Shown: positions 16,393 to 24,316 of the stretch, piece by piece | Layout of the letters: every line of letters starts with the position of its first letter | Position numbering within the stretch: position 1 is the first letter of the stretch | Assembly (NCBI GenBank): GCA_045631065.1 | Contig: JAZQUA010000037.1 | Span: forward strand, 1 to 38,686 | Direction of reading: 5' to 3' | DNA length: 38,686 bases | Origin: Candidatus Enterousia sp. | Lineage (GTDB): Bacteria; Pseudomonadota; Alphaproteobacteria; Rs-D84 | Translations under genes and position numbers: made by a program | Notes under the pieces: generated by a model | Seen by the model: only the letters and a program-made list of their open reading frames with translations | What the model was told of the DNA's origin: nothing | Databases searched by the model: none

Positions 16393-16953
16393 ATGACAAA
16401 TTTAATTAAAAAAACATGTGTGTTCGCATCTGTTTTGGGTGCTGCTGCAATATTGGCGGGCTGTTCTAGTTGCCCAACACAACATCATAATAAAAAAGCA
16501 ATGCATCATAATAAACAATATGTACAGCCTGTTGAAATGATTGAATCTGATACAATAGTTGTTTATCAAACCTATGAAAATGCAGATGTTAACCATTTGT
16601 ATGCAAAAATGTACACACACAGCAGTCATGGTGGTGAATCCAGAATGGGACATATTAAATTCCGTGATACAGATAGTGGCTTGAAAATGGAAGTCGATTT
16701 GAAAGATATGCGCCCAGGCGTGCCATATACTGTAAAACTGTATCAATGTAGTTCTTGTCATAATGATGTAAAATGCTGTCAATCTGAAAACACATTGGAT
16801 ATCAAAATGCCTATGTTGGAAACAGGTAAAAGCGGTAAGTTGAATCAGACTTATATGCTTCAAGGTTTAAGTGCTGCACAGTTGAATGGTGCCAATATTT
16901 ATCTGGAACGTGACGGTGGTTACAAGGCCGGATGGGGAAAATTAGAAAAATAA
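16393..16953 (+). CDS. Lipoprotein with a Cu/Zn-superoxide-dismutase-like (SodC-like) domain lacking the metal-ligand histidines
   Basis: Lipobox LAGC and AAGGAG Shine-Dalgarno sequence. GHIKFRDTDSGLKMEVDLKDMRPGVPYTVKLYQCSSC aligns to the SodC pattern G.I.F.DT..GL.....L..L.PG.HGFHIHE.G.C, but with YTVKLYQ in place of HGFHIHE. Confidence 0.45.
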   Translation: MTNLIKKTCVFASVLGAAAILAGCSSCPTQHHNKKAMHHNKQYVQPVEMIESDTIVVYQTYENADVNHLYAKMYTHSSHGGESRMGHIKFRDTDSGLKMEVDLKDMRPGVPYTVKLYQCSSCHNDVKCCQSENTLDIKMPMLETGKSGKLNQTYMLQGLSAAQLNGANIYLERDGGYKAGWGKLEK

Positions 16954-16975
16954 TTTATTGTTTTGTGCATGAATG

Positions 16976-16997
16976 CCCCGATTATATCGGGGTTTTT
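16976..16997 (+). terminator. Rho-independent terminator after the SodC-like gene
   Basis: CCCCGAT-TAT-ATCGGGG followed by T5. Confidence 0.8.
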
Positions 16998-17043
16998 ATA
17001 TTTTTGCTTTTAGAGTGTGTTTATATATGCTATATAGGTATAT

Positions 17044-18591
17044 ATGTATAAACAATTTTTATTTTTACTGTGTTCGTTTGTGCCGTTTTATAGTGTTTTG
17101 GCAGAAACTTTTTATATGGATATAAAAGGAGAAAATAAAAGTTTTGCAGAAGATGTTTTTGTCGCAGAAAATATCCCTGTTGTTTTTGAAAATGTATTTA
17201 TAACGGATACTTTATCGGTTGAAAATCATGGTGTGTTCTCGGTAAATTCAATGAATGTTTGTGCCAGGTGTGATTTGTTTTTTGAAAACTTTAACACAAT
17301 CAATATTAACAGCGTTGATTTGAATGATGATTCCAGAATATTTCAAATTGTGTCAGATGTTAATAATATGAATCCAATTAATATTGGTGCTGAATATACA
17401 GTTTTGGTCGGTGGAAATAATGATTTTTCTTTGTCTGACATTGTTGATGTTGTATCTGGTTCTGGAAATATTGTGTTAGAAAATACAACGTTGCATATAA
17501 ATTCTGTGCCATTAAATACGTCTAAAAATATTGAAATTAAAGAAAACGTAAAATTCATAATCAGTGATATTGCTGATTTATATAATATCACATTGCTTGA
17601 TAATATTACAGGTGGCGCAACAGCGCGTTTTATATCAAATAATGATGATGTTATGTATGTAACGGTTGGAGAAATTGCAGATGGAAAACTGTTTATAAAA
17701 CATATTCGTGAAACAGATTATAATGTAATTTTTAATAATGATATGGGTGTGTTTTTAAATTCACTGCGTATGGATAATAAAAATAATAAACTGATGTATG
17801 CATTGGATTCTGCCACAGATAAAAATTCCTTGTATTCTGTTATGTCTAAATCAGTGTTGTTTAATCCTGATGTCTTAGTAAAACCATTACAGATAATTAA
17901 TAAAATAAATATGATGTCAATTGATAATGGTTTTGCAAATAGTGTGGATGTAAATGTGTTTGGTGTTATGTCTGATGATTTCTATACATATGGTTCTGAT
18001 ATAGGCTTGGCAAGTGTTATACAAAATAAATTTAAATTATCGCTGGGCGCGCAAATTGCAAATATAGAATATTCATCTGGTTTTAATGAATTTTCAGGTG
18101 TTGTTTATGGATTAAATTTGCAGGCTGCATATTTATTTAGTAATAAAATGTTTCTGCATATAGATTCTGGATTATCATTTGCACAATTTGATATCACGAA
18201 TGTTATGTACAACGATAAGATGATTTCTAAACCAAATTCATTATTTGGTTATGTGGTACTGGATACGGGTTATGAACTAAACTTCGATTCGTTTTCTGTT
18301 GTGCCTGTGGCAGGTATTGGTATGCAATTTTATGATTTAAATGGTATAAAATATTCTGATTTTGTTGGGCGTGTTGGTGGTGCTGTTGAATATAAATTTG
18401 CTGTTTCTGATTTAGAATATGTGTATGGCGTGTCTGTAATTGCAGACACAGATTCTTCATTGTCTTTATCCGGTAAAGTTGGGTTTATGTCGCCAACAGA
18501 TATGATTGGTGGATATGTTGAATTATCGACTATCCTTGTGGAAGACAGTGTGTCTTATAAAGCATCTGTTAATGCAAAAATCCTGTTCTGA
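17044..18591 (+). CDS. Autotransporter-like outer-membrane protein (Asn/Ile-rich passenger plus C-terminal beta-barrel)
   Basis: Signal peptide (FYSVLA-ET). The C-terminal ~250 aa have alternating hydrophobic beta-strand periodicity and end in KILF (terminal Phe). The gene looks visibly more AT-rich than its neighbours. Confidence 0.55.
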   Translation: MYKQFLFLLCSFVPFYSVLAETFYMDIKGENKSFAEDVFVAENIPVVFENVFITDTLSVENHGVFSVNSMNVCARCDLFFENFNTININSVDLNDDSRIFQIVSDVNNMNPINIGAEYTVLVGGNNDFSLSDIVDVVSGSGNIVLENTTLHINSVPLNTSKNIEIKENVKFIISDIADLYNITLLDNITGGATARFISNNDDVMYVTVGEIADGKLFIKHIRETDYNVIFNNDMGVFLNSLRMDNKNNKLMYALDSATDKNSLYSVMSKSVLFNPDVLVKPLQIINKINMMSIDNGFANSVDVNVFGVMSDDFYTYGSDIGLASVIQNKFKLSLGAQIANIEYSSGFNEFSGVVYGLNLQAAYLFSNKMFLHIDSGLSFAQFDITNVMYNDKMISKPNSLFGYVVLDTGYELNFDSFSVVPVAGIGMQFYDLNGIKYSDFVGRVGGAVEYKFAVSDLEYVYGVSVIADTDSSLSLSGKVGFMSPTDMIGGYVELSTILVEDSVSYKASVNAKILF

Positions 18592-18595
18592 TAAT

Positions 18596-19903
18596 TTATT
18601 TTACAAATTTACCACGTAATGATGCCTTGTTTGCATTTGTGATACAAATGTTTGCCAAAATTGGGGCAGGGGTATCATCGGTGTTTTTTTCAACAACGCA
18701 TTGTTGCATATAAGGGGTACGGTAAATCAGGTGATTGCCTGTTTTGTCTGGACCTTCCAGCAGACATTCCATTGTTTTATCAATGCAGCTGATGTTGAAT
18801 TCTCGTTGAACTTCATTTAAATAAGTGTCCAGTCTTGCAAGACGTTCTGCTTTGATGTTTTCAGGAATTTGATCTGGCATTAATGCAGCAGCTGTGTGTG
18901 GTCGTGGTGAATATTTAAATGAATAAGAATTGATGTATTTTATTTGTTCCGCGATTCGCATTGTTTGTTCGAAATCTTCATCTGTTTCGCCTGGGAATCC
19001 AACAATAAAATCAGATGATATTTGTATGTCTGGACGTGCGATTCGCAGTTTGCGAATAATGTCTGTGTACAGTTCCAATGAATAAGGACGATTCATACGC
19101 GTCAGAACATTTTGTGAACCACTTTGAATAGGCATATTTAAAAATGGTAATAATTTTGGTTCTGTTGCAAACATTTCGATTAAATCATCTGTCATTTCGG
19201 TTGGATAACTGGACGTAAATCTGATGCGTTTTACCGATTCGATTTTAGCAGCTTGACGTATTAAATCAGACAGACGATATGTGTTATCATTTTCATCTGT
19301 ATATTTATATCCGTTTACATTTTGACCCAAAAAGCATATTTCAACTGCGCCAGTGTTTGCAGCATGAATCGTGTCGCGAATACAGTCATCAAATTTACGT
19401 GATATTTCGCGACCGCGTGTGTACGGAACGATGCAGTATGTGCATACGTGATTGCATCCTTCTTGGATTGGAATGTATGCAACAGTTGGTGATTTTTCCA
19501 TTTGTGGTAATTCATCAAATTTTTCCAAACCGCCTAAATCAATGTTGAATAATTTTGCATCTGGGTTTTCTAAAATTTGTGGCAGTTTATGATAGCTTTG
19601 TGGTCCCAGAACGAAATTCAAATCTGGGATTCTGCGGAATGCATCACTGCCCGATTCGCGTGCAACACAACCGACAATGCCAAATAGGGCAGATGGCTTT
19701 TTTGCGCGTCTGATACGTCCCAGTGCAGAAAAAACTTTATCTGTTGCCTTGGCGCGAACAGCGCACGTATTTAATATGATTATGTCAGCATCGCCAACAT
19801 TGTCTGTACGGCACATTCCGCGGTGTTCAAGCATTGCGGCAATACGCCAACCATCATATACGTTCATCTGACAGCCAAAAGTTTGTATAAAGAATTTTTT
19901 CAT
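18596..19903 (-). CDS. miaB: tRNA-i6A37 methylthiotransferase MiaB
   Basis: N-terminal FIQTFGCQMNVYD, radical-SAM motif CNHVCTYCIVPYTRG, and a C-terminal TRAM domain. Confidence 0.95.
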   Translation of the reverse strand: MKKFFIQTFGCQMNVYDGWRIAAMLEHRGMCRTDNVGDADIIILNTCAVRAKATDKVFSALGRIRRAKKPSALFGIVGCVARESGSDAFRRIPDLNFVLGPQSYHKLPQILENPDAKLFNIDLGGLEKFDELPQMEKSPTVAYIPIQEGCNHVCTYCIVPYTRGREISRKFDDCIRDTIHAANTGAVEICFLGQNVNGYKYTDENDNTYRLSDLIRQAAKIESVKRIRFTSSYPTEMTDDLIEMFATEPKLLPFLNMPIQSGSQNVLTRMNRPYSLELYTDIIRKLRIARPDIQISSDFIVGFPGETDEDFEQTMRIAEQIKYINSYSFKYSPRPHTAAALMPDQIPENIKAERLARLDTYLNEVQREFNISCIDKTMECLLEGPDKTGNHLIYRTPYMQQCVVEKNTDDTPAPILANICITNANKASLRGKFVK

Positions 19904-19907
19904 GATT

Positions 19908-20075
19908 TTATTTGTGTTTTGTATTGTTGTATATTTGTTGTATGCGTTTTTGTTGTGTTTTACAGTAAGAATGTCTTATATAATTATTTCTGTGATGTTT
20001 TTCGTGACAGCGGACTTTTGCTTGTGCTTCAAATATAGCCATCTCTCGCATCATTCTAATTAAATCGTTTAACAT
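19908..20075 (-). CDS. Hypothetical 55-aa basic Cys/His-containing protein (hand translated; below the ORF-track cutoff)
   Basis: Translation is MLNDLIRMMREMAIFEAQAKVRCHEKHHRNNYIRHSYCKTQQKRIQQIYNNTKHK. The ATG lies 5 nt after the ORF142 stop with GAGG upstream. The stop lies 4 nt before the miaB ATG. Confidence 0.4.
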   Translation of the reverse strand: MLNDLIRMMREMAIFEAQAKVRCHEKHHRNNYIRHSYCKTQQKRIQQIYNNTKHK

Positions 20076-20080
20076 TTTTC

Positions 20081-20509
20081 TTACCTCGTCTTGTTTCGAA
20101 TTTTTTGATACGAATGTTTGTTATATCTTTGTTGTATTCGATTAAAATGTTTAACCGTATTTTGTGTATGATATCTACGAGCGTTTTTTTCGCTTACAGG
20201 TATTCCGGATTTAGAGGGTATTAATTTAGTTGGTGCTTCTAACATTTCAGGAATGCATTCTAATATCATTTCTTCCTCTGTCCGAAGTTTTTCAAGTTCT
20301 GATAAAAGCCCCTGTTGCGTATCATCCGATAACTGCTGTGCAATTGATATTTCAGGTTCAGGTAATATTGGTCTGGTTATGCTTTCTTGTGTTTCTGGAA
20401 TAACTATTACCTTTTCCTTGATGTGGTTATCTGTCCGAAATTTTTCAATTTCGGACAGTAATTCTTGTTTCATATCATCCACTAATTTATGTGCAAAGAT
20501 AATTATCAT
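20081..20509 (-). CDS. Hypothetical 142-aa protein with an internal duplication and a basic tail
   Basis: Repeated LLSEIEKFRTD / LLSELEKLRTE modules and a tail NRIQQRYNKHSYQKIRNKTR. The true start may instead be M13 (MKQELL). Confidence 0.5.
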   Translation of the reverse strand: MIIIFAHKLVDDMKQELLSEIEKFRTDNHIKEKVIVIPETQESITRPILPEPEISIAQQLSDDTQQGLLSELEKLRTEEEMILECIPEMLEAPTKLIPSKSGIPVSEKNARRYHTQNTVKHFNRIQQRYNKHSYQKIRNKTR

Positions 20510-20512
20510 ATC

Positions 20513-20686
20513 TTATTTTTGTTTTATGCGTTGATTGCGCAGTTGTTGCATACGTGCTTTGCTAACTTTTGCAGCTGTTTGTGTGTGTTTTTGTGATACT
20601 TTGGTGCCTGTGTCTGGAACATTAACTGTGCCATATACAACACCTGTTACATGATTGTTTTCAACGATTGCGATTATTTGTGTCAT
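20513..20686 (-). CDS. Hypothetical 57-aa protein (hand translated; below the ORF-track cutoff)
   Basis: Translation is MTQIIAIVENNHVTGVVYGTVNVPDTGTKVSQKHTQTAAKVSKARMQQLRNQRIKQK. It lies 17 nt downstream of the gatB stop with AAAGGA upstream. It is in the same frame as ORF142, separated from it by TAA-GAT. Confidence 0.4.
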   Translation of the reverse strand: MTQIIAIVENNHVTGVVYGTVNVPDTGTKVSQKHTQTAAKVSKARMQQLRNQRIKQK

Positions 20687-20703
20687 GTTTTTTCCTTTTT
20701 GTT

Positions 20704-22224
20704 TTATGCTAGTTTTTTGCGTAATAATTCGTTAACAACGGCTGGGTTTGCAGTGCCAGATGTTGCTTTCATAACATTGCCAACAAAGAAGCCTAATAGC
20801 CCAACCTTGCCAGATTTGTATTGTTCAACCTGGGATGGATTGGCCGCAATTATATCATCGATGATTTTTTCAATTGCGCCAGTGTCTGTCATTTGTTTCA
20901 TACCAAATTTGTCAGCGATTTCACGTGGTGTTCCCGATTCGCCATCCAACATTTTGATAAATATTTCTTTGGCTTGTTTTCCGTTAATTGTATTTTCAGA
21001 AATCATTTCAACCAACTGTGCAATATCAGATGGTGTAATGATACGCATGCTATCCACAATGCCAGATTTTTCATTTTTTTCATCCCAGTTTTCTGGATGT
21101 GCAAATAATTCACTTATCATCCAGTTCGCTATTGCTTTGGCATGTTTTGTATTGCTGCCTACTGCTGTATCAAACCAGTGTGATATATTTGTGTTTTCTG
21201 TTAATCTGGCCGCATCATATTCAGATAGCCCAAATTCCGCCGTATAGCGCGCGCGTGTCGCAGATGGCAATTCTGGCATGTTCTTGCGGATGCTTTCAAT
21301 TTGTTCGTCTGAAATTTCAATCGGTAGTAAGTCTGGATCTGGGAAGTAACGATAATCCAGTGCGTCTTCTTTGGAGCGCATTACAGATGTTGTGCCTTCG
21401 CCTTGATTATATCTCATTGTGTCTTGACTGACAGTGCCGCCATTTTCATATGCATCAATTTGACGACGTGCCTCAAATTCAATGGCGTTTTTAATGAATT
21501 TAAAGGATACCATATTTTTGGTTTCAGTTCTGGTGCGGAATTCTGTTGAACCAACAGGGCGTACAGATACATTTACGTCTGCGCGCATTGATCCTTCTTC
21601 CATATTTGCGCGGGATACACCCAGTGCGCGTGCAATTTCGCGAATTTCACGCAGATAACGTTCTGCTTCGTCTGGGGATGAAATGTAAGAATTGTTTTCT
21701 GGATTTTTTGTGTCCAAGAAAGTTACAATTTCCAACAAGGCAACGCCTGTACGGTTATAGTCAGCAAAGGATTTTGTTGGGTGTACATCATGTTTTAATT
21801 TTCCTGCATCTTGTTCCAAGTGTGCGCGTTCAATTAAAATCTTTTTTGGATTTCCATCGTCGCCCATAATTTCAACCCAGCCACGACCAACAACAGGTGG
21901 TTCGTCCGCTGGTTGTGAAATCTGATAGCCTTGGGGCAGGTCAGGGTAGAAATATTGTTTACGTGCAAAACGACTGTGCCGGGAAATTTCAGCATTCAAA
22001 CCCAATCCCATTTTAATTGCCTGTTCAACACAGTATTCGTTTAATACAGGTAACATGCCTGGCATTGCAACATCAATCATTGAAACCTGGGTGTTTGGGG
22101 ATACCGTCGGGTTATAGTCTGCAGATGCACCGCTGAATAATTTTGATTCGGATAACACTTCGATATGTGTTTCCAAGCCAATTACTAATTCCCAATCGCC
22201 TGTTTTGCCTTTTATTGTGAACAT
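20704..22224 (-). CDS. gatB: Asp-tRNA(Asn)/Glu-tRNA(Gln) amidotransferase subunit B
   Basis: WELVIGLETHIEV, PGMLPVLN, and a C-terminal YqeY-like tail (GFFVGNVMKATSGTANP). Length is 506 aa. Confidence 0.95.
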   Translation of the reverse strand: MFTIKGKTGDWELVIGLETHIEVLSESKLFSGASADYNPTVSPNTQVSMIDVAMPGMLPVLNEYCVEQAIKMGLGLNAEISRHSRFARKQYFYPDLPQGYQISQPADEPPVVGRGWVEIMGDDGNPKKILIERAHLEQDAGKLKHDVHPTKSFADYNRTGVALLEIVTFLDTKNPENNSYISSPDEAERYLREIREIARALGVSRANMEEGSMRADVNVSVRPVGSTEFRTRTETKNMVSFKFIKNAIEFEARRQIDAYENGGTVSQDTMRYNQGEGTTSVMRSKEDALDYRYFPDPDLLPIEISDEQIESIRKNMPELPSATRARYTAEFGLSEYDAARLTENTNISHWFDTAVGSNTKHAKAIANWMISELFAHPENWDEKNEKSGIVDSMRIITPSDIAQLVEMISENTINGKQAKEIFIKMLDGESGTPREIADKFGMKQMTDTGAIEKIIDDIIAANPSQVEQYKSGKVGLLGFFVGNVMKATSGTANPAVVNELLRKKLA

Positions 22225-22238
22225 TTTTTCTTTTTCCC

Positions 22239-22267
22239 TTGCTTTTTTGTTTTTTGTATCTTATTAT
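22239..22267 (+). promoter_or_regulatory. Sigma70-type promoter for tRNA-Phe with a GC-rich discriminator
   Basis: TTGCTT (22239-22244), 17-nt spacer, TATTAT (22262-22267), then TTGTCCCGCG before the tRNA 5' end at 22280. Confidence 0.4.
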
Positions 22268-22279
22268 TTGTCCCGCGTT

Positions 22280-22355
22280 GGCTAGGTAGCTCAGTTGGTA
22301 GAGCAAGGGACTGAAAATCCCTGTGTCGGCGGTTCGATTCCGTCCCTAGCCACCA
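22280..22355 (+). tRNA. tRNA-Phe (anticodon GAA), CCA encoded
   Basis: Acceptor GGCTAGG/CCTAGCC, D stem GCTC/GAGC, anticodon stem AGGGA/TCCCT with loop CTGAAAA, T stem GGCGG/CCGTC with TTCGATT. Length is 76 nt. Confidence 0.95.
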
Positions 22356-22369
22356 TCTCCTTTCTTATT

Positions 22370-22392
22370 GCGACCATGGCGGTCGTTTTTTT
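22370..22392 (+). terminator. Rho-independent terminator after tRNA-Phe (plus-strand specific)
   Basis: CGACC-ATGGC-GGTCG followed by T7. There is no T-run in the minus-strand sense. Confidence 0.7.
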
Positions 22393-22424
22393 ATTGCCAA
22401 AGAAGATGATATTTTTATTCATTG

Positions 22425-23891
22425 TTATTTTCCCATAATTGTTGTTGGGCGGTTGTCAACAGATGCTGCTGATTCAATATGTTTTGCCAATTGCAGAACG
22501 CGCATATCTGCAAAACGTGGACCAACAACCTGCATTCCCAGTGGCAGACCGTTTTGTGCCAGACCGCATGGTACACTGCATGCAGGGATGCCTGCCAGAT
22601 TCATTGCAACTGTGAATAAATCCAATGCATAGAATTCCAATGGTGACAGTGATGCATCCAATGGCATCGCGGTACCTGCGGATGCAGGGCATACGATTAA
22701 GTCGCATTGTTCAAATGCAGAATTAAAGCTGTCTGCAATCATACGACGCACGCGTGCAGCCTGCATAAAATATACGTCATACGATTCGCTGGACAGTACC
22801 GCTGTGCCAATAATCATACGACGTTTTACTTCGTCGCCAAAGCCAGCAGCACGTGTTTTTTTGTATGTGTCATATATGTCTTTGCCTTCGACCCGCAGAC
22901 CGTAACGCATACCGTCATAACGTGCTAAATTCGAAGATGCTTCGGCTGGGGCGATAATATAGTAAGCGGCCAATGCATCCAAAATGTTTGGAATTGAAAC
23001 TTCAACAATTTCTGCGCCCATAGACTTTAAATCTGCAATACGTTTTTCAAATAATGATTTCATGTCATCTGATATTTCAACGTCTGCAAATTCTTTGATA
23101 ATACCAATACGTAGTTTTTTTCCGTTGCCCAAAATTGGTTCCAGTGATTTTGTGCAGTTAAAACCATTTGTTGCACTGGTTGAATCTTTTGGATCGTGAC
23201 CTGCCATACATGATAACATTAATGCTGCATCATCAACCGTACGTGTAATGGGTCCTGGTGTGTCCAAAGAAGATGCAAATGCAACACAGCCCCAACGTGA
23301 ACACAGACCGTATGTAGGTTTCATACCAACCATACCGGTAATTGCCGCAGGAAAACGAATTGAACCACCTGTGTCTGTGCCTGTTGCGCATAATGCCAAA
23401 CCGCCAGCAACTGCAGATGTTGAACCGCCAGATGAACCACCAGCAGTTAAATGTTTTTCCAACTGCCATGGATTGACAGGCGCACCAAAGAAACTGGTCT
23501 TGCTGAAAGTTCCCATCGCAAATTCGTCTAAATTTGCCTTGCCCAGTAATACAGTGCCAGAATCAATCAATTTTTGAGAAACAGTCGATTCGTATTCAGG
23601 TACAAAATTTTCCAGTATACGTGATGCAGCAGTTGTGCGAATGCCACGTGTTGCAAACAAGTCTTTCATTGCCATTGGAATCCCGTCCAGTGGTAATGCG
23701 TTGCCCGCTGCACGTCTGGCATCAGATGCAGCAGCGTCTGCCATGGCGCGTTCTGGGGTAACGGTAATATAGCAATTTAAATCAGCGCCGTATTGTTCAA
23801 TGCGGTTTAAGTATGCTTTTGTTAATTCAACAGACGTGATTTCACCACTGTTTAATTTTTCTAAGGCTTCGGTTATTGTTAGATTTATCAT
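22425..23891 (-). CDS. gatA: Glu-tRNA(Gln)/Asp-tRNA(Asn) amidotransferase subunit A
   Basis: Amidase signature GGSSGGS...GTDTGGSIR. The start is set at MINLTITEAL (23891). The track ORF extends 33 codons further upstream into the preceding gene. Confidence 0.95.
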   Translation of the reverse strand: MINLTITEALEKLNSGEITSVELTKAYLNRIEQYGADLNCYITVTPERAMADAAASDARRAAGNALPLDGIPMAMKDLFATRGIRTTAASRILENFVPEYESTVSQKLIDSGTVLLGKANLDEFAMGTFSKTSFFGAPVNPWQLEKHLTAGGSSGGSTSAVAGGLALCATGTDTGGSIRFPAAITGMVGMKPTYGLCSRWGCVAFASSLDTPGPITRTVDDAALMLSCMAGHDPKDSTSATNGFNCTKSLEPILGNGKKLRIGIIKEFADVEISDDMKSLFEKRIADLKSMGAEIVEVSIPNILDALAAYYIIAPAEASSNLARYDGMRYGLRVEGKDIYDTYKKTRAAGFGDEVKRRMIIGTAVLSSESYDVYFMQAARVRRMIADSFNSAFEQCDLIVCPASAGTAMPLDASLSPLEFYALDLFTVAMNLAGIPACSVPCGLAQNGLPLGMQVVGPRFADMRVLQLAKHIESAASVDNRPTTIMGK

Positions 23892-24304
23892 TTTTGCTTT
23901 CCGTAGTGTTGTGGGAACAATGCTGTGCCCAGTGTGTTTTTTATAAATTCGTCTTGGCATTTGCCGCCACGTAAATTGCGCGCGCAGCATTTTGCTTTTG
24001 CTAAATCATCATTTTTACATTTTGCACATTGTGGTTTATAGTCAGGAAAGAACATGCCGGTTATATTTAGATTGCCATGTTTTTGTCCATATGTTTTAAA
24101 TGGTTCAAAATTCACAATGTCTGTGTAACTTACTTGTAATGATTTAAGACACGCTTTTTTTGTAGAGCGGCTGTTTCTGAATTGTTCGATTAATTCAAGC
24201 GCTTTGCTTTGTGTAATGCAGCCAAGCTTGATTGTTTGTGGAAAATCATTATATTGCTCGTACACTAAAAAATTGACAGGAATATTGTTTGTTTTTTTAG
24301 ACAT
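23888..24304 (-). CDS. Uncharacterised Cys-rich 138-aa protein, paralogue of the next ORF
   Basis: GAGGAA Shine-Dalgarno sequence. The stop overlaps the gatA ATG (ATGA). C-terminus is CAKCKNDDLAKAKCCARNLRGGKCQDEFIKNTLGTALFPQHYGKQK. Confidence 0.6.
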   Translation of the reverse strand: MSKKTNNIPVNFLVYEQYNDFPQTIKLGCITQSKALELIEQFRNSRSTKKACLKSLQVSYTDIVNFEPFKTYGQKHGNLNITGMFFPDYKPQCAKCKNDDLAKAKCCARNLRGGKCQDEFIKNTLGTALFPQHYGKQK

Positions 24305-24316
24305 GATATTCCTCTG

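Noticed and set aside
14952-22355. A genomic island or ICE integrated at tRNA-Lys or tRNA-Phe, since PilL/PilN-type genes often travel on tRNA-integrated ICEs.
   Set aside because: No integrase, relaxase or transposase is present, and I noticed no direct repeat of either tRNA 3' end. Housekeeping genes (gatA, gatC, ruvX, sufBC) lie between the tRNAs and the secretin pair.
23892-23990. 33-codon N-terminal extension of the gatA ORF (MLRAQFTWRQ...).
   Set aside because: It overlaps the conserved C-terminus of ORF138. The GatA homology begins at MINLTITEAL, and the ATGA overlap gives a clean coupled start at 23891.
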